Source: a virus
Taxonomy: Duplodnaviria > Caudoviricetes
Virus record (IMG/VR): IMGVR_UViG_3300017757_000140
Span: 1 to 25,149 of that record
Direction: 5' to 3' (one strand)
Length of the DNA: 25,149 nucleotides
The translations under genes were made by a program, and so were the position numbers. The notes under the pieces were generated by a model that was not told the DNA's origin, ran no database searches, and saw only the letters and a list, made by a program, of their open reading frames with translations. Positions 14,856 through 25,149 of this stretch are shown piece after piece (within the stretch, counting starts at the first letter, position 1; every line of letters begins with the position of its first letter).

Positions 14856-17800
14856 TGAGCATTTATCATAAATGGAACAAAGACTTCTTTGAGAAACAAA
14901 ACGAAAGTATTGCATATACTAAAAAGAAAGATGCTACTAAAGCTAATACTGATTTAGATGCACTTACTCAAAACTTCCAAGACTTAAAAGATTTAAACTC
15001 ATTAGAAATGGATGAGTTAGTAGTATCAGCAGCAGAGCTAGATGTTACACCAGAACAATATTATGACTTATATAAAACTACTAAACCTATACAAGTTAAT
15101 TTAACTAATGGCAAACCAAATGCTATTACAGATTATCTAAAGAAAGTACAACAAATAGTTCGTGATAACAATAAGATACTAGAACAAACAAGCAAAGATT
15201 TAGGTTACGAAAAAAATAATAAGTTAATGACAGGCACTCTTTTTATGGGTCTTAATAGCATTTTTGATATTCTTCAGAGAGGTGTAGTTAATCAATTAGG
15301 TGTGCCTTATGCACAATACGAAGAACAGATACTTGCTGAAGATGGTCTTACTAGACAAGACATGATTGAGTTTGAAAAAAAAGGTCGTAATGATAATCAA
15401 CAAGAATGGAAAGCAGCAAGTGTAAGAGCAAGAGCATTTTTACTAACCTTAAATAATTATCTTACAACAGCTCCAGAAACTTTATTAAATATCTTTGGTT
15501 TAGATACACCAGTAGATTCTTTAGTTGATGTAGAAGTTAAATCAAAAGCATGGTTAGCTACACAAGGTGTAGTAGATGCTGATGGAGAAGGATATGTTCA
15601 GCAAACTGATATAGAATCTGCTATACAAGCGACAAAAGAAAATACTCTTGATGAGATACGAATACAAGAAAAAGAATTGCAAAGAGACCTTACACAAACA
15701 GAAAAAGCTAGTTTAGCTTTGAATAACTGGTATGACATTATTACAGAAGAAACATCAACAAATCCTTTATTAAATATATTAGGTGAGTCTACACCAGTAG
15801 CAGAAAATAGAAAGTTAAGAGAAGGTTATGAAAAAGCACAAATATCTTCCAACATAGGAGATTTTGCTAGTTACTTAGTTACAGGAAATATGCCAGGTAG
15901 ATATTCACCTGAAAATGTAATGTATGAAGAAACGCAAGAACTATACGATTTAAAAGTATTACAAGCAGAACAAGCATTTGATACAGGTCAAATATCTATT
16001 ACACAAAAAAATGAACTTGTTGATAAATTAGAAGATGAAAGAGATGAAGAATTAACTAAGGTAGCATTTGACCCTAACAGAGGTATAGCAGGAATTATGG
16101 GTGGTGCTATGAATTTAGTTGGTATGTATTACACAGACCCAGTTGTTATGTTTGCTAAGGGTGTAGGAATAGCAGGTAAAGTTCCAGAGAAATTTGATGA
16201 AGTACTTGCTGGTGCACAAAAAGAAATGAAACGATTTATTGACGAAGGTGGAACTGTAGCTGATTTTTGGCAAAACAATGACGAAATACTAGATGGTTTA
16301 TCTACTGTTCTTGTAGAAGCTAACAATGCAAATCAACCTACATTTTTAAATATGATTAACGCAGGATTTAATCATAAGTTTGCAAAGACTGTAGCTGATG
16401 CAGTTGACCCTGCAATTATTAAAGAAGGTCTTATAGATGGATTTAATAATGGTTATGTATCAGATATGGTGTTTGGAAAATCTTCGCTAGGTAAAACAGG
16501 TCAATTTAGAATACAATCAAAAGTAATATCAGATAATTTAATTACCACATTTGGAGCAAAAGATATAGACAACAGTATTACTGCAACTGGAAATAAAGTA
16601 TTAGGTTCTACAGTAAAAGAAATGGTGAATGGTACAGATATAAGATTGCCTAATCGTGGACAAGTAGATTTAAGAAACATACAAGAAGCTGTAGTAATGT
16701 TTGCAAGAGTTGGAAATGTTTTTAAAGTTCCACAATCTCGTTTAAACAAGTTGCTAATAGATTTTTATAATGCAGCAGACGAAGGTCTGTATACAAAAGC
16801 ACAAGATATTTATTATGATGGTTTGCTTAGAACAGAGGGTGCATTACAACTTAGATATTTGTATGGATTATCAGATGGAGAAATAACAGAGTTTTTTGGA
16901 AACATGAAACAAGGTCCAAGAATGTTCAGTGATGATGTAGGAGATTTTTTAACACCATCAAGAACAAATGAGTTTTACCCTGTAGATGAAATAGATATTC
17001 TTACAAAAAGACAATTTAGTGGGCAAGTAGAAGGTATAGAAATACCACAAGAATTTACAAAAAACTCTATAGAACTTATAAATCAATTTAGAGGCTATAG
17101 CATAGAGATACCAGATGTAGTAGGAATAATTAAAACTACATCACAAAGAAGAAGATTAAGAGCTAAAGCATTAATTGAAAAAGAAGGTATTGATAAAGTA
17201 TTTGATAAAGCTAGAAAAGCATTTGAAGATGGTAAACGAGGAACCTTTTGGGATGAAGAGACTCCTATGGGTGCAGAGATAGCAGCTATTTCTAAAGGTC
17301 TAGGAGACCCAGGAATATTGTTTAAAGGTCAAGAAAAGATTTTGTCATCTATAGAAAAAGGAACATTTGGATTAGTAAGAGGTGTATTTTATCCACTACA
17401 GTTGCTAGGTAGATTTTCTTATCCAGCAAAACTAACAGTAGATGGACACATAAGAGCATCTTTACTAGGTGTTAGGTCTGCATTTAGAAGCCCTTTAAAA
17501 TTTCTTAGGTTCTTATTAAATGATGCAAATGGTGCATTAGCTAGAGCATTAGGATACACACCAGAAACATCTCTAGTTGGTCCATATAAAATAACTAGAC
17601 CATTGGAATTTCAAAATAAAAGTTTACAAGGATTGAATGAAAAATTACCTATGCCTGTAAGGAAAGCATTAGGTGTTCTACAAGACAGTGCAGAATATGG
17701 TATACCAGAATTACAGTCGTTGTCATCTGCTTCACCAACATTTGCGTTTGGTAGAAGATTCCCAGATACTGGTTATGACTTAATTAATAAAGTAGGAACA

Positions 17801-20800
17801 AAAAATGTTCCTATGCCTGATGGCGTGTTAGATTTTAAATTGTCAGATGAGTATATAGAAGCTGTACAAGAATATTTCTTTGAATATATTGATGATGATT
17901 TATCTATGATTACAGCAGCATTAATGAAACAGGGTTTAGATTACACAGATATTGCTAAGTTTTACCAAGAGACTCCTTCAGTACAAGCAATTATAGAACA
18001 AGCAAACAAAATGATGCAGTCAAGAAATGTGTATTCAAGAGGAACGCTACCTATTGCGTATAAGACAGAAGACTTTGATGAGTTAGCTAAACATTATGTA
18101 CAAAGCATAAACAATATGACTGGTGGAAGTGCAGATATGATAGATATTATTGCTACAGGTAAAGTAGGAAGAGTTGATTTGCGTAGTCCAGATTCTATGA
18201 CACCAGAAAACCTAGCTATTTATAATGCAAAAATGAAAAAACTTACACTTAAAAATCAAGCTAATATGCCTAATCAAATGCCAAAACAGAAACCAGAATT
18301 AGATGAAAGAACTGCATTTCAAAAAGGATTAGACTCTTTGTTTTTTGCTACTGCACAAATGGAAGCTGATTTAATTAGAGTACCTTTGTTTAAACAAGGT
18401 TACGAACATTTTATAGAAGCAGGTATACCATTTACTTCTAAACAAGGTCTTAATAAAATAATGAATGCACATAAAGACCCAGAGTCTCCTATAAAACTTA
18501 GTGATGAAATATTTAAATCAGTTCAAGAAGAATATAATGCTATTAAAAATTTAGCACCTGATTTAGCTGTAACAGAAAGAACTGTACCAGTTAAAGTATT
18601 TGATAATGGTGACTCGTTATCCATAATTGCTTATAGTGATAATGGACAAAAACAAATTACATCATTAAAAAGATTAGATACATTTAATAATGAACTGACT
18701 TTTGATTTAAACTTATACAACACAGAACTTAAAGTATTTAAAAAACAATCTGCTGTAGCTGATTACAGATTAGGTGATGATGGTGATGCTATAGGTGTAT
18801 ATAATTTTTCTGTTAATAAATCAGAAGCTATTATTAATGGTTCTATACCAAATAGAGATGCACTTGTTAGAGCAGTAACTAATGCACTTGATGAGAGCGT
18901 AGATGCAGAAGCATTAGTAGATAATGCTATAGAGTATTTAGCTAGTAGTCAGGGTAAGTTTGATAAAACAATAACTAAACAAGAATTGTTTGAAGTTCTA
19001 GGTATAGATGGTTCTACACCTAATGTTGTTGGATTAAAAGTAAAATTACAAAAAGGTAAGACAACTAAAAAAGTTAAAAATACACAAGGTGAAATAACAC
19101 ATGATGTAGGTGTTACTACATTAAATAGAGTATTAGGTAAGAAAATAGCAAGACCAATACTTAGAAAAAAAGCAGATGTAGAAGATGCTATAGATAGAGC
19201 ATACGAATACATAAATGCTAATCCACAAGGATGGAGTATAGATTTAGGCAGAAAAAATAATACAAACATACCTGGTTATTATGTTTCACCATATAAAACT
19301 AGAGAGTTAATATTAGATACTCCTGTAACAAGAAAACAAATAGAAAAATTTATTACTAAGAATAAAACATTGTTAAAGAAAGAAGACCATGTATTGGGTG
19401 GTTGGATAGAAAATAACAAATTGTATTTAGATGTTTCTGTAAAAATTAAAAAGGGTGTTGCTGCACAAGTAATAGATGGAACAGATGAAGCACTTGCTAA
19501 AGCACAATACATAGCGATACTAGCAGACCAAAAAGCCATAGGTAATATAACTACTGCTGGTTATCAAGGAGCTATACCTAGCAATACTGCAGGAGCATTT
19601 GATGTTATAAGAAGAGCAGGTCAAGATTTACTTATAGGTTCTAACAAAAAAATACTGAAGCCTAATAAAGCTATCACCTCTCCAAGAGCAGGAGCAGTTA
19701 TTGGTAATGATGTATTACAAGCTGCAGGAATTAGAGCGATTGTAGATGAAAAAGCAGGTATTGTTAAGATATTAAAACCACAAACTAATCCAATTTTAAA
19801 TGAAAAAACATTTAGTGGAGACTATCAATCTATGTTAGATTTGTCAGATATAAAATCTGCATCTACACCAAGAGTTATGTCTATGGAAGATTTACATGAA
19901 AGAGCTGTGGAGTATGCTTTTGAGTTACACTCTAGGTTATTATATAACCTAACAGAACGAGGGTTTTTCTCACAAGCATATAGAGTAGGCTTTGCTTTCT
20001 TTGAAGCATGGCGAGAAGTGTTAGGTAGATATTACAACCTAGGTTTAGCTAATCCTAAAGCAATAGGACAAATAGGATTTGGTTACAGAAAAGGTATAGA
20101 ACATAACTTTATATACGAAGACCCTTCTGGGGAAAAGTACTTAATAGTACCAGTAGGTGGAACACCATTTGAAGATTATGTAAAGACTGAAGGTAGAGGT
20201 GCGTTTACTGATGATATGTCACTTGCTGATTCTAAGATTATTGCTAAAAGAGGAATACCACTTAGTGCATTAAATGTTGGTGGTGGAGGATTATTCCCAC
20301 CAGTAGGACCTGCAATAGCATTACCTGTAGGTGTTTTAGTTAAGGATAAACCTAAAGCTAAAAAGAATTTAGAAAAATATGTATTTGGTGGATTTGAACT
20401 AACAGGTGCAAGGTATGATTCGCTAGAAGATATTCCAGGAATATTATTAGAAACTACAATACCATCAGTTGGTAAGAACCTTTTAAATCAACTTGCTACA
20501 AATTTAGATACACAAGGTTTAGATGAGGACCAATGGTTATCAGCTATAAACACTGGGTATCAAGTAGCAGGTATATTAAGACCAGATTTAGCAGATGACC
20601 AACAAGCATTAGAAACTGTTGCTATGACATTAGCAGCTAACTTCTTTCAACTTAAAGCATGGGATAGATTTGTAAACCCATTCATACCAAGGCTATCTAT
20701 TATGTACGCAATAGAAGGTAACGAAGTTGCATTTGGAGAATGGTATGGAACTAAAGGTGAAGATAGTGGATTAGTGTACAACAACTTTGTAGAGCTTTCT

Positions 20801-21703
20801 GTTATACATGGTTTCTATCAAGATATTAAAGATGAGTATGTAATGACACTAGGACCACAAGGTGAGTTCTATGCGTTGCTAGAAGTAGCTAAACTATTAG
20901 GTTTAGACAATAGAGATTTGTCAGAAGGTTTTACTTCTACTGCTTTACAACTAAAAGGTAAGAATATATCACAAGGTGGTATCTTACCAAGAACTACACC
21001 AGAGTATGATTTTGTTTTAGATAACCCAGAACTAGCTGCTGATTATGGACCAGTCCTAACATTGTTTGCTCCAGGATTAGATGAGGGTAATGTTGATTAT
21101 GGTGGAGTTAGTTATATATCTAACTTAGGATTGTTTTCACCAAAAACACCAGATGAGTTTTATGTATCTACACAAACATTCCTTGCCAGTGCAATAGAAG
21201 TAGCAACAAAAGATTACTGGTCTAAAGTTATAGACAATAGCACTGCTGACCCAGGAGAAAGAGTTGCTAGAAAGAAAGCTAAGTTCGCATTAATAGAAGC
21301 TGATTTGGCAAAAATGTTTCCAATGGCTTATGGTAATTCTGCAGAGTTAAACAAAGTTCTAGGTTCTGATTATGAAACAGGTGTACCTAATGATGTACTT
21401 ATAGATTATTTAGAAAGAGCTGTTAAGGACCAAAGACTAGATAACTTTGATAACAGAAATGAAATAGCTTTATATCTTAATTATAGAGCACAGGCAATAG
21501 ATGCTGTAGCAGATACTAGAGGTTATCCTATAGAAAAAGATGCTATGAGATGGATTAGTACAAGTGATACTGTACAAGCACAAGAAGTTCGTAATCAGTT
21601 GTATACTAAAGCACAGGAAATAGGAAGAAATAATCCTAAATTTTTGGTAATATTTGATAAGGTATTCTCTTACGAGCTTACCAGATTTGGATTAGAAGGA
21701 TAA
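14855..21703 (+). CDS. 2282-aa protein, putative internal virion/DNA-ejection protein
   Basis: Uninterrupted ORF; mostly helical; position in the virion operon next to a muralytic protein; no tape-measure repeats or RNA polymerase motif seen. Confidence 0.6.
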   Translation: MSIYHKWNKDFFEKQNESIAYTKKKDATKANTDLDALTQNFQDLKDLNSLEMDELVVSAAELDVTPEQYYDLYKTTKPIQVNLTNGKPNAITDYLKKVQQIVRDNNKILEQTSKDLGYEKNNKLMTGTLFMGLNSIFDILQRGVVNQLGVPYAQYEEQILAEDGLTRQDMIEFEKKGRNDNQQEWKAASVRARAFLLTLNNYLTTAPETLLNIFGLDTPVDSLVDVEVKSKAWLATQGVVDADGEGYVQQTDIESAIQATKENTLDEIRIQEKELQRDLTQTEKASLALNNWYDIITEETSTNPLLNILGESTPVAENRKLREGYEKAQISSNIGDFASYLVTGNMPGRYSPENVMYEETQELYDLKVLQAEQAFDTGQISITQKNELVDKLEDERDEELTKVAFDPNRGIAGIMGGAMNLVGMYYTDPVVMFAKGVGIAGKVPEKFDEVLAGAQKEMKRFIDEGGTVADFWQNNDEILDGLSTVLVEANNANQPTFLNMINAGFNHKFAKTVADAVDPAIIKEGLIDGFNNGYVSDMVFGKSSLGKTGQFRIQSKVISDNLITTFGAKDIDNSITATGNKVLGSTVKEMVNGTDIRLPNRGQVDLRNIQEAVVMFARVGNVFKVPQSRLNKLLIDFYNAADEGLYTKAQDIYYDGLLRTEGALQLRYLYGLSDGEITEFFGNMKQGPRMFSDDVGDFLTPSRTNEFYPVDEIDILTKRQFSGQVEGIEIPQEFTKNSIELINQFRGYSIEIPDVVGIIKTTSQRRRLRAKALIEKEGIDKVFDKARKAFEDGKRGTFWDEETPMGAEIAAISKGLGDPGILFKGQEKILSSIEKGTFGLVRGVFYPLQLLGRFSYPAKLTVDGHIRASLLGVRSAFRSPLKFLRFLLNDANGALARALGYTPETSLVGPYKITRPLEFQNKSLQGLNEKLPMPVRKALGVLQDSAEYGIPELQSLSSASPTFAFGRRFPDTGYDLINKVGTKNVPMPDGVLDFKLSDEYIEAVQEYFFEYIDDDLSMITAALMKQGLDYTDIAKFYQETPSVQAIIEQANKMMQSRNVYSRGTLPIAYKTEDFDELAKHYVQSINNMTGGSADMIDIIATGKVGRVDLRSPDSMTPENLAIYNAKMKKLTLKNQANMPNQMPKQKPELDERTAFQKGLDSLFFATAQMEADLIRVPLFKQGYEHFIEAGIPFTSKQGLNKIMNAHKDPESPIKLSDEIFKSVQEEYNAIKNLAPDLAVTERTVPVKVFDNGDSLSIIAYSDNGQKQITSLKRLDTFNNELTFDLNLYNTELKVFKKQSAVADYRLGDDGDAIGVYNFSVNKSEAIINGSIPNRDALVRAVTNALDESVDAEALVDNAIEYLASSQGKFDKTITKQELFEVLGIDGSTPNVVGLKVKLQKGKTTKKVKNTQGEITHDVGVTTLNRVLGKKIARPILRKKADVEDAIDRAYEYINANPQGWSIDLGRKNNTNIPGYYVSPYKTRELILDTPVTRKQIEKFITKNKTLLKKEDHVLGGWIENNKLYLDVSVKIKKGVAAQVIDGTDEALAKAQYIAILADQKAIGNITTAGYQGAIPSNTAGAFDVIRRAGQDLLIGSNKKILKPNKAITSPRAGAVIGNDVLQAAGIRAIVDEKAGIVKILKPQTNPILNEKTFSGDYQSMLDLSDIKSASTPRVMSMEDLHERAVEYAFELHSRLLYNLTERGFFSQAYRVGFAFFEAWREVLGRYYNLGLANPKAIGQIGFGYRKGIEHNFIYEDPSGEKYLIVPVGGTPFEDYVKTEGRGAFTDDMSLADSKIIAKRGIPLSALNVGGGGLFPPVGPAIALPVGVLVKDKPKAKKNLEKYVFGGFELTGARYDSLEDIPGILLETTIPSVGKNLLNQLATNLDTQGLDEDQWLSAINTGYQVAGILRPDLADDQQALETVAMTLAANFFQLKAWDRFVNPFIPRLSIMYAIEGNEVAFGEWYGTKGEDSGLVYNNFVELSVIHGFYQDIKDEYVMTLGPQGEFYALLEVAKLLGLDNRDLSEGFTSTALQLKGKNISQGGILPRTTPEYDFVLDNPELAADYGPVLTLFAPGLDEGNVDYGGVSYISNLGLFSPKTPDEFYVSTQTFLASAIEVATKDYWSKVIDNSTADPGERVARKKAKFALIEADLAKMFPMAYGNSAELNKVLGSDYETGVPNDVLIDYLERAVKDQRLDNFDNRNEIALYLNYRAQAIDAVADTRGYPIEKDAMRWISTSDTVQAQEVRNQLYTKAQEIGRNNPKFLVIFDKVFSYELTRFGLEG

Positions 21704-21704
21704 T

Positions 21705-22721
21705 ATGGTACATATACCAGGACATAACGACACAACTACAACTACAACTGTTCCACAAGGACCATTTGGAGGGGTAGGAAGTGGAACTGGAGCAGCAAAC
21801 AATAGTTCTATAGATGAAGATTTTTATGTGAGGATTGCTAGTATCTTAGATACTGCAGGTTCAACAACTAAGACACCATTAGGTAATGGTTATCTTAAAG
21901 AGTATGAAGTACAAACAGGAATTACTGACCCAGAAGAAGGACCAGTAGTTAAGGTAATTTCTGCTGAAGAGTTTTTAACAAGTGATGAATGGCAAACACA
22001 ACGAAGAGATATATTAGGAACAGGTGCTGCTTATGGTTATGTTTATTTTCCTACAGATATAGGAGCACAAGCAAGACAGTTAACTCCTTATCTTAGAGTA
22101 CAAACAAAAAATTTATTATCTGCTGCAGGTCTTATAGATTTAAACAAAACTGTAGGAGCTGAAATAGATGATGAGTTTCTTAAAGGACTTAAAGCAGCTA
22201 TGGAATTTAGTATGAATAATGGTGGTACCTTTACATGGACTGCAGGACTAAAAGTACTAGCAGGTCAAACACAAGCTGCAGCTTTAGGTGGACTAGGTGG
22301 AGGATATACATTTGGTGATGAAGCCCTAGACGAGTATGTAGAAGATTTAAAGAAAAAAGCAGAAGCCAGAAAAGGTTCTCCTTTGTCAGATTATGAGAAA
22401 CAATACATTACAGGAAAATTAGTACAAGGACCAGCAGAAGAGTTTAAACAATCACTAACAGGATTAGGAGCAGGTACTGCACCTTCACTTAGTTATGATG
22501 TTACAACAGGTCAAGCGATACAAACACCTGGTATGGAAGCAGAAGAACCAGATGTAGATATACTTACAGAAGGTGGAGAAAATGTATTAGATGAAATATT
22601 TGAACCAAGAGAAGAGTTACAAAGACAAGCAGATGTAGAAGATGAGACTTTCTATAGAATGCAAAGAAATTTAGCAGGGCTTAAAACTGCTGAAGCACAA
22701 CCAGTACCAAGGATAGGATAA
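21705..22721 (+). CDS. Putative internal virion protein
   Basis: ORF track; Gly/Thr-rich N-terminus; operon context. Confidence 0.6.
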   Translation: MVHIPGHNDTTTTTTVPQGPFGGVGSGTGAANNSSIDEDFYVRIASILDTAGSTTKTPLGNGYLKEYEVQTGITDPEEGPVVKVISAEEFLTSDEWQTQRRDILGTGAAYGYVYFPTDIGAQARQLTPYLRVQTKNLLSAAGLIDLNKTVGAEIDDEFLKGLKAAMEFSMNNGGTFTWTAGLKVLAGQTQAAALGGLGGGYTFGDEALDEYVEDLKKKAEARKGSPLSDYEKQYITGKLVQGPAEEFKQSLTGLGAGTAPSLSYDVTTGQAIQTPGMEAEEPDVDILTEGGENVLDEIFEPREELQRQADVEDETFYRMQRNLAGLKTAEAQPVPRIG

Positions 22722-23578
22722 TGGAAGAAACAAACTATACAGTAGAAGAAGTTATTGAAGCACTACAAAGTGTTGGCATAGCAGAAGAAGTTATAGAGTA
22801 TGTTGTTCCAATAGCTGGTTATGAATCAAGAGTTGGTGGTGTACCTTTTACTAGAGATGCACTAGATAAAGAATCTCCTTCATGGGGTATATTCCAAGCT
22901 AACTTAAATTCAATGGCTCCTGCTATTTATAAAGCCATGAAAGAACTTGGTGTTAAATTACCAGCAGTTACAGATGAACAAGACAAAGTTTTGTTAAGTA
23001 ATGTCGCACAACCAGGGCAAGAAAGTTTACTTAAATTTTCTAGTGAACAAAAGAAGTTTGCTGCTGAATGGTTTAAGACACAAGCAAATTTAAAAGATAA
23101 TGCACTTGTATTTAAATATATGTTAGAACAAAAGTTAAAAGATATAAACTCAGATGACTACAAAGAAGCTATGAAAGAGTTATATGTTTTAACTATTGAT
23201 AAGTTTAATGACCCTAACAATACAGACGCACAAAAATTAAAACAAGAAATAGAAAGTGAAGTAAAAGAAATTATGGCTGGTTCTCCTACAGATGATAATG
23301 CACCTGACAGAGGTATACCAGAGCCAGAAGATGGTTTTGACCCAAGACAACCTAAACCACAGAGGACTCCTTTTCTAACACCACCTGAGATGACACAGTA
23401 TACAACACAAGTTCCACTACAAGCACAAAGTAAAATGTATGGTAGAGTCAGACAGATGTTAGAAGCACAAGTTAATAAACAAAAGAAAGCAGTTGGACAG
23501 GAACCTCTTAATACAGTTGTTCCTAAACCTAATCTAAGTGATAGTGTAAAAGCTGCACTAAAGTTGTTGTCAAGATAA
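22721..23578 (+). CDS. Lysozyme-fold (lytic transglycosylase-like) virion protein
   Basis: IAGYES...A......SWGIFQAN matches the SLT motifs (catalytic ES and GxxQ). Confidence 0.65.
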   Translation: MEETNYTVEEVIEALQSVGIAEEVIEYVVPIAGYESRVGGVPFTRDALDKESPSWGIFQANLNSMAPAIYKAMKELGVKLPAVTDEQDKVLLSNVAQPGQESLLKFSSEQKKFAAEWFKTQANLKDNALVFKYMLEQKLKDINSDDYKEAMKELYVLTIDKFNDPNNTDAQKLKQEIESEVKEIMAGSPTDDNAPDRGIPEPEDGFDPRQPKPQRTPFLTPPEMTQYTTQVPLQAQSKMYGRVRQMLEAQVNKQKKAVGQEPLNTVVPKPNLSDSVKAALKLLSR

Positions 23579-23694
23579 TGGCACCTAATAAAGAAAAAAG
23601 TGTTGTGGCAATAATCTTAGAAGACCTTGAAGATTTTGAGTTAACTGATTTTAATTTTGAAGAACCTGATGAAGCACAACTAAACAACAAGTAA
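23578..23694 (+). CDS. 38-aa acidic ORF, or the frameshifted N-terminus of the next ORF
   Basis: MAPNKEKSVVAIILEDLEDFELTDFNFEEPDEAQLNNK; TAATG overlaps at both ends. Confidence 0.5.
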   Translation: MAPNKEKSVVAIILEDLEDFELTDFNFEEPDEAQLNNK

Positions 23695-25149
23695 TGAACA
23701 GACAACTGATTATTAAAGAGAAAGATAGGATTCTTACTAATTTTCTTATAGGTATATTAGAACCTTCTGATATTGGTAATACAGTAATACAAACATATAG
23801 ACAAAAGGCTTTGAGCTTAATGATGTATGGTAATAATTTACACCATAATGATTTAGGTAATGCTATGACCAACCTCTCTACAGAACCATGGTCAAAGTTA
23901 TCTACAAGAAATATAGAGAATAGACTTACAGAATTTTTTATAGATGCAGCTCAATTAAATATTGATGCAGGTAAAGATGTTTTTCAAATGCAAGGTCAAG
24001 GTGTCAATAGATTATTAGAAAAAGCAACAAGAGATGGTGCAGCTAAATTTAAAAGATATGTTAAGTTTGCTATAAATTCTTTAAAAGAATCTAACGAAAA
24101 AGATTTTCTTTATGATAACTCAAGTGACAATTACAGAAGAGCTGCAGGAGACATACTTGATAGTGTTACAAGGAATATAAACAGAAGCGAAATTGCATTA
24201 GGTATCAGACATGTCTTTCCTGAAAGTCTTGAACAGAGAGTGTTGATGAATCATGGTTTAGACATAATTGAATTTTTACAAAATGCTGAAGGAGAACTTT
24301 ATAATCCAGATGAACTTGATGTAGAAATAGATTGGAATAGAATTGCTGTACCCCAAGAAAATTTTAAAGGTAACAGGTTATATACTCCACCTGAAAATCT
24401 AAGTCAGTTGCGTGAACTCCATACTTGGTGGACAAACGAATTTAATAAAAAAGCTAAAGAGTTTGTATTAGGAGATAATGTATTTTTATTAATGGATGAC
24501 TTGACTGATAACATAGTTAATAATGATGCCTATTATCAATACGCAGGTATGGGTCAAAGGAATACACCTGCTCCTCCTATTGTGCAATTAATAGATGAGA
24601 AATTATCAGAGTTTTTGCAAGAGTTAACTAGAAAATATGGTGTTGAAGTGTTTGATGAGATGCGTAGTAATGCTGGGTTAGCTCCTAATGATTTGGATGT
24701 TTATGAAAAGTTGGGAGATGGTAGTCGTGAAGCAGTTAAACAACTTACAAAAGAAAAGATAATAGAATTTATTGAAGCTAATTCAAGTGCTTCTGATGAC
24801 TTGTTACCAGTTATTTATCCTGAAGTACAAATAGGTGGAATGACTAATATGTATCCAAGCACCACAATATACGAAAGTCTGAATGGTCCAGTATTAGAAA
24901 CACAACTTTTTAAAAATAGAATTGATGTTACTAATACCCTACAAGGTAATGTCAATGAATTAGACACACCTACAAATGTAGTAGATGATATAAACGAAAT
25001 TACTTTAAATGTAATACAAAATAATAGAGATAAAGTAGAACATCAAAAAATAATAGATGCTTTATTAGAAAAATATGATGAAGATATTGTAGGAAAATAT
25101 TTTAATAATTTAATTGCTGAACAAGAAAAAATAAATCCTGAATATTCTG
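23694..25149 (+). CDS. Large hypothetical protein, 3'-truncated (>480 aa, not in the track)
   Basis: Translated by hand from ATG 23694 (MNRQLIIKEKDRIL...) with no stop before the window end. Confidence 0.85.
   Translation, partial: MNRQLIIKEKDRILTNFLIGILEPSDIGNTVIQTYRQKALSLMMYGNNLHHNDLGNAMTNLSTEPWSKLSTRNIENRLTEFFIDAAQLNIDAGKDVFQMQGQGVNRLLEKATRDGAAKFKRYVKFAINSLKESNEKDFLYDNSSDNYRRAAGDILDSVTRNINRSEIALGIRHVFPESLEQRVLMNHGLDIIEFLQNAEGELYNPDELDVEIDWNRIAVPQENFKGNRLYTPPENLSQLRELHTWWTNEFNKKAKEFVLGDNVFLLMDDLTDNIVNNDAYYQYAGMGQRNTPAPPIVQLIDEKLSEFLQELTRKYGVEVFDEMRSNAGLAPNDLDVYEKLGDGSREAVKQLTKEKIIEFIEANSSASDDLLPVIYPEVQIGGMTNMYPSTTIYESLNGPVLETQLFKNRIDVTNTLQGNVNELDTPTNVVDDINEITLNVIQNNRDKVEHQKIIDALLEKYDEDIVGKYFNNLIAEQEKINPEYS

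Noticed and set aside
14855-21703. Giant protein as virion RNA polymerase, tape measure or intein-containing protein
   Set aside because: No DxDGD or T7-type polymerase motifs, no periodic tape-measure repeats and no intein splice motifs recognised
11116-23872. Minus-strand track ORFs within terL, portal, the giant gene and the last ORF
   Set aside because: Antisense shadows of long coding frames
1-25149. Alternative genetic code or stop-codon reassignment
   Set aside because: Standard code gives dense, long ORFs, and TAA, TGA and TAG all act as stops

Overview
AT-rich (roughly one-third GC) fragment of a tailed dsDNA phage, podovirus-like. The host is inferred to be a low-GC actinobacterium. 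Layout: (i) 1-2208, + strand lysis/late tail end (DUF5675-type putative endolysin, r1t-type holin, metallophosphoesterase); (ii) 2203-8646, a complete minus-strand early block (PD-(D/E)XK nuclease, Sak/Rad52-like annealing protein, HTH protein, SprT-like metalloprotease, many small ORFs) with no recognisable polymerase, primase, helicase, RNR or integrase; (iii) about 8650-10030, a divergent control region; (iv) 10031-25149, + strand virion block (basic and Zn-ribbon microproteins, terminase large subunit with a Zn-finger/HTH N-terminus, portal, a 2282-aa putative ejection protein, a lytic-transglycosylase-like protein, and a long ORF running off the end). The most unusual signals are non-coding. 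The palindrome GTTTAAAC (mostly TGTTTAAACA) occurs 19 times in 1.3-8.9 kb but only 4 times in the other 16 kb. Six NrdR-box-like sites lie around the early promoters. Three candidate promoter-RNA-terminator units lie at 9.35-10.0 kb, one carrying an anti-Shine-Dalgarno sequence. CCG/CGG, GATC and the CG-centred 4-bp palindromes appear to be absent. All counts are by eye and need computational confirmation.
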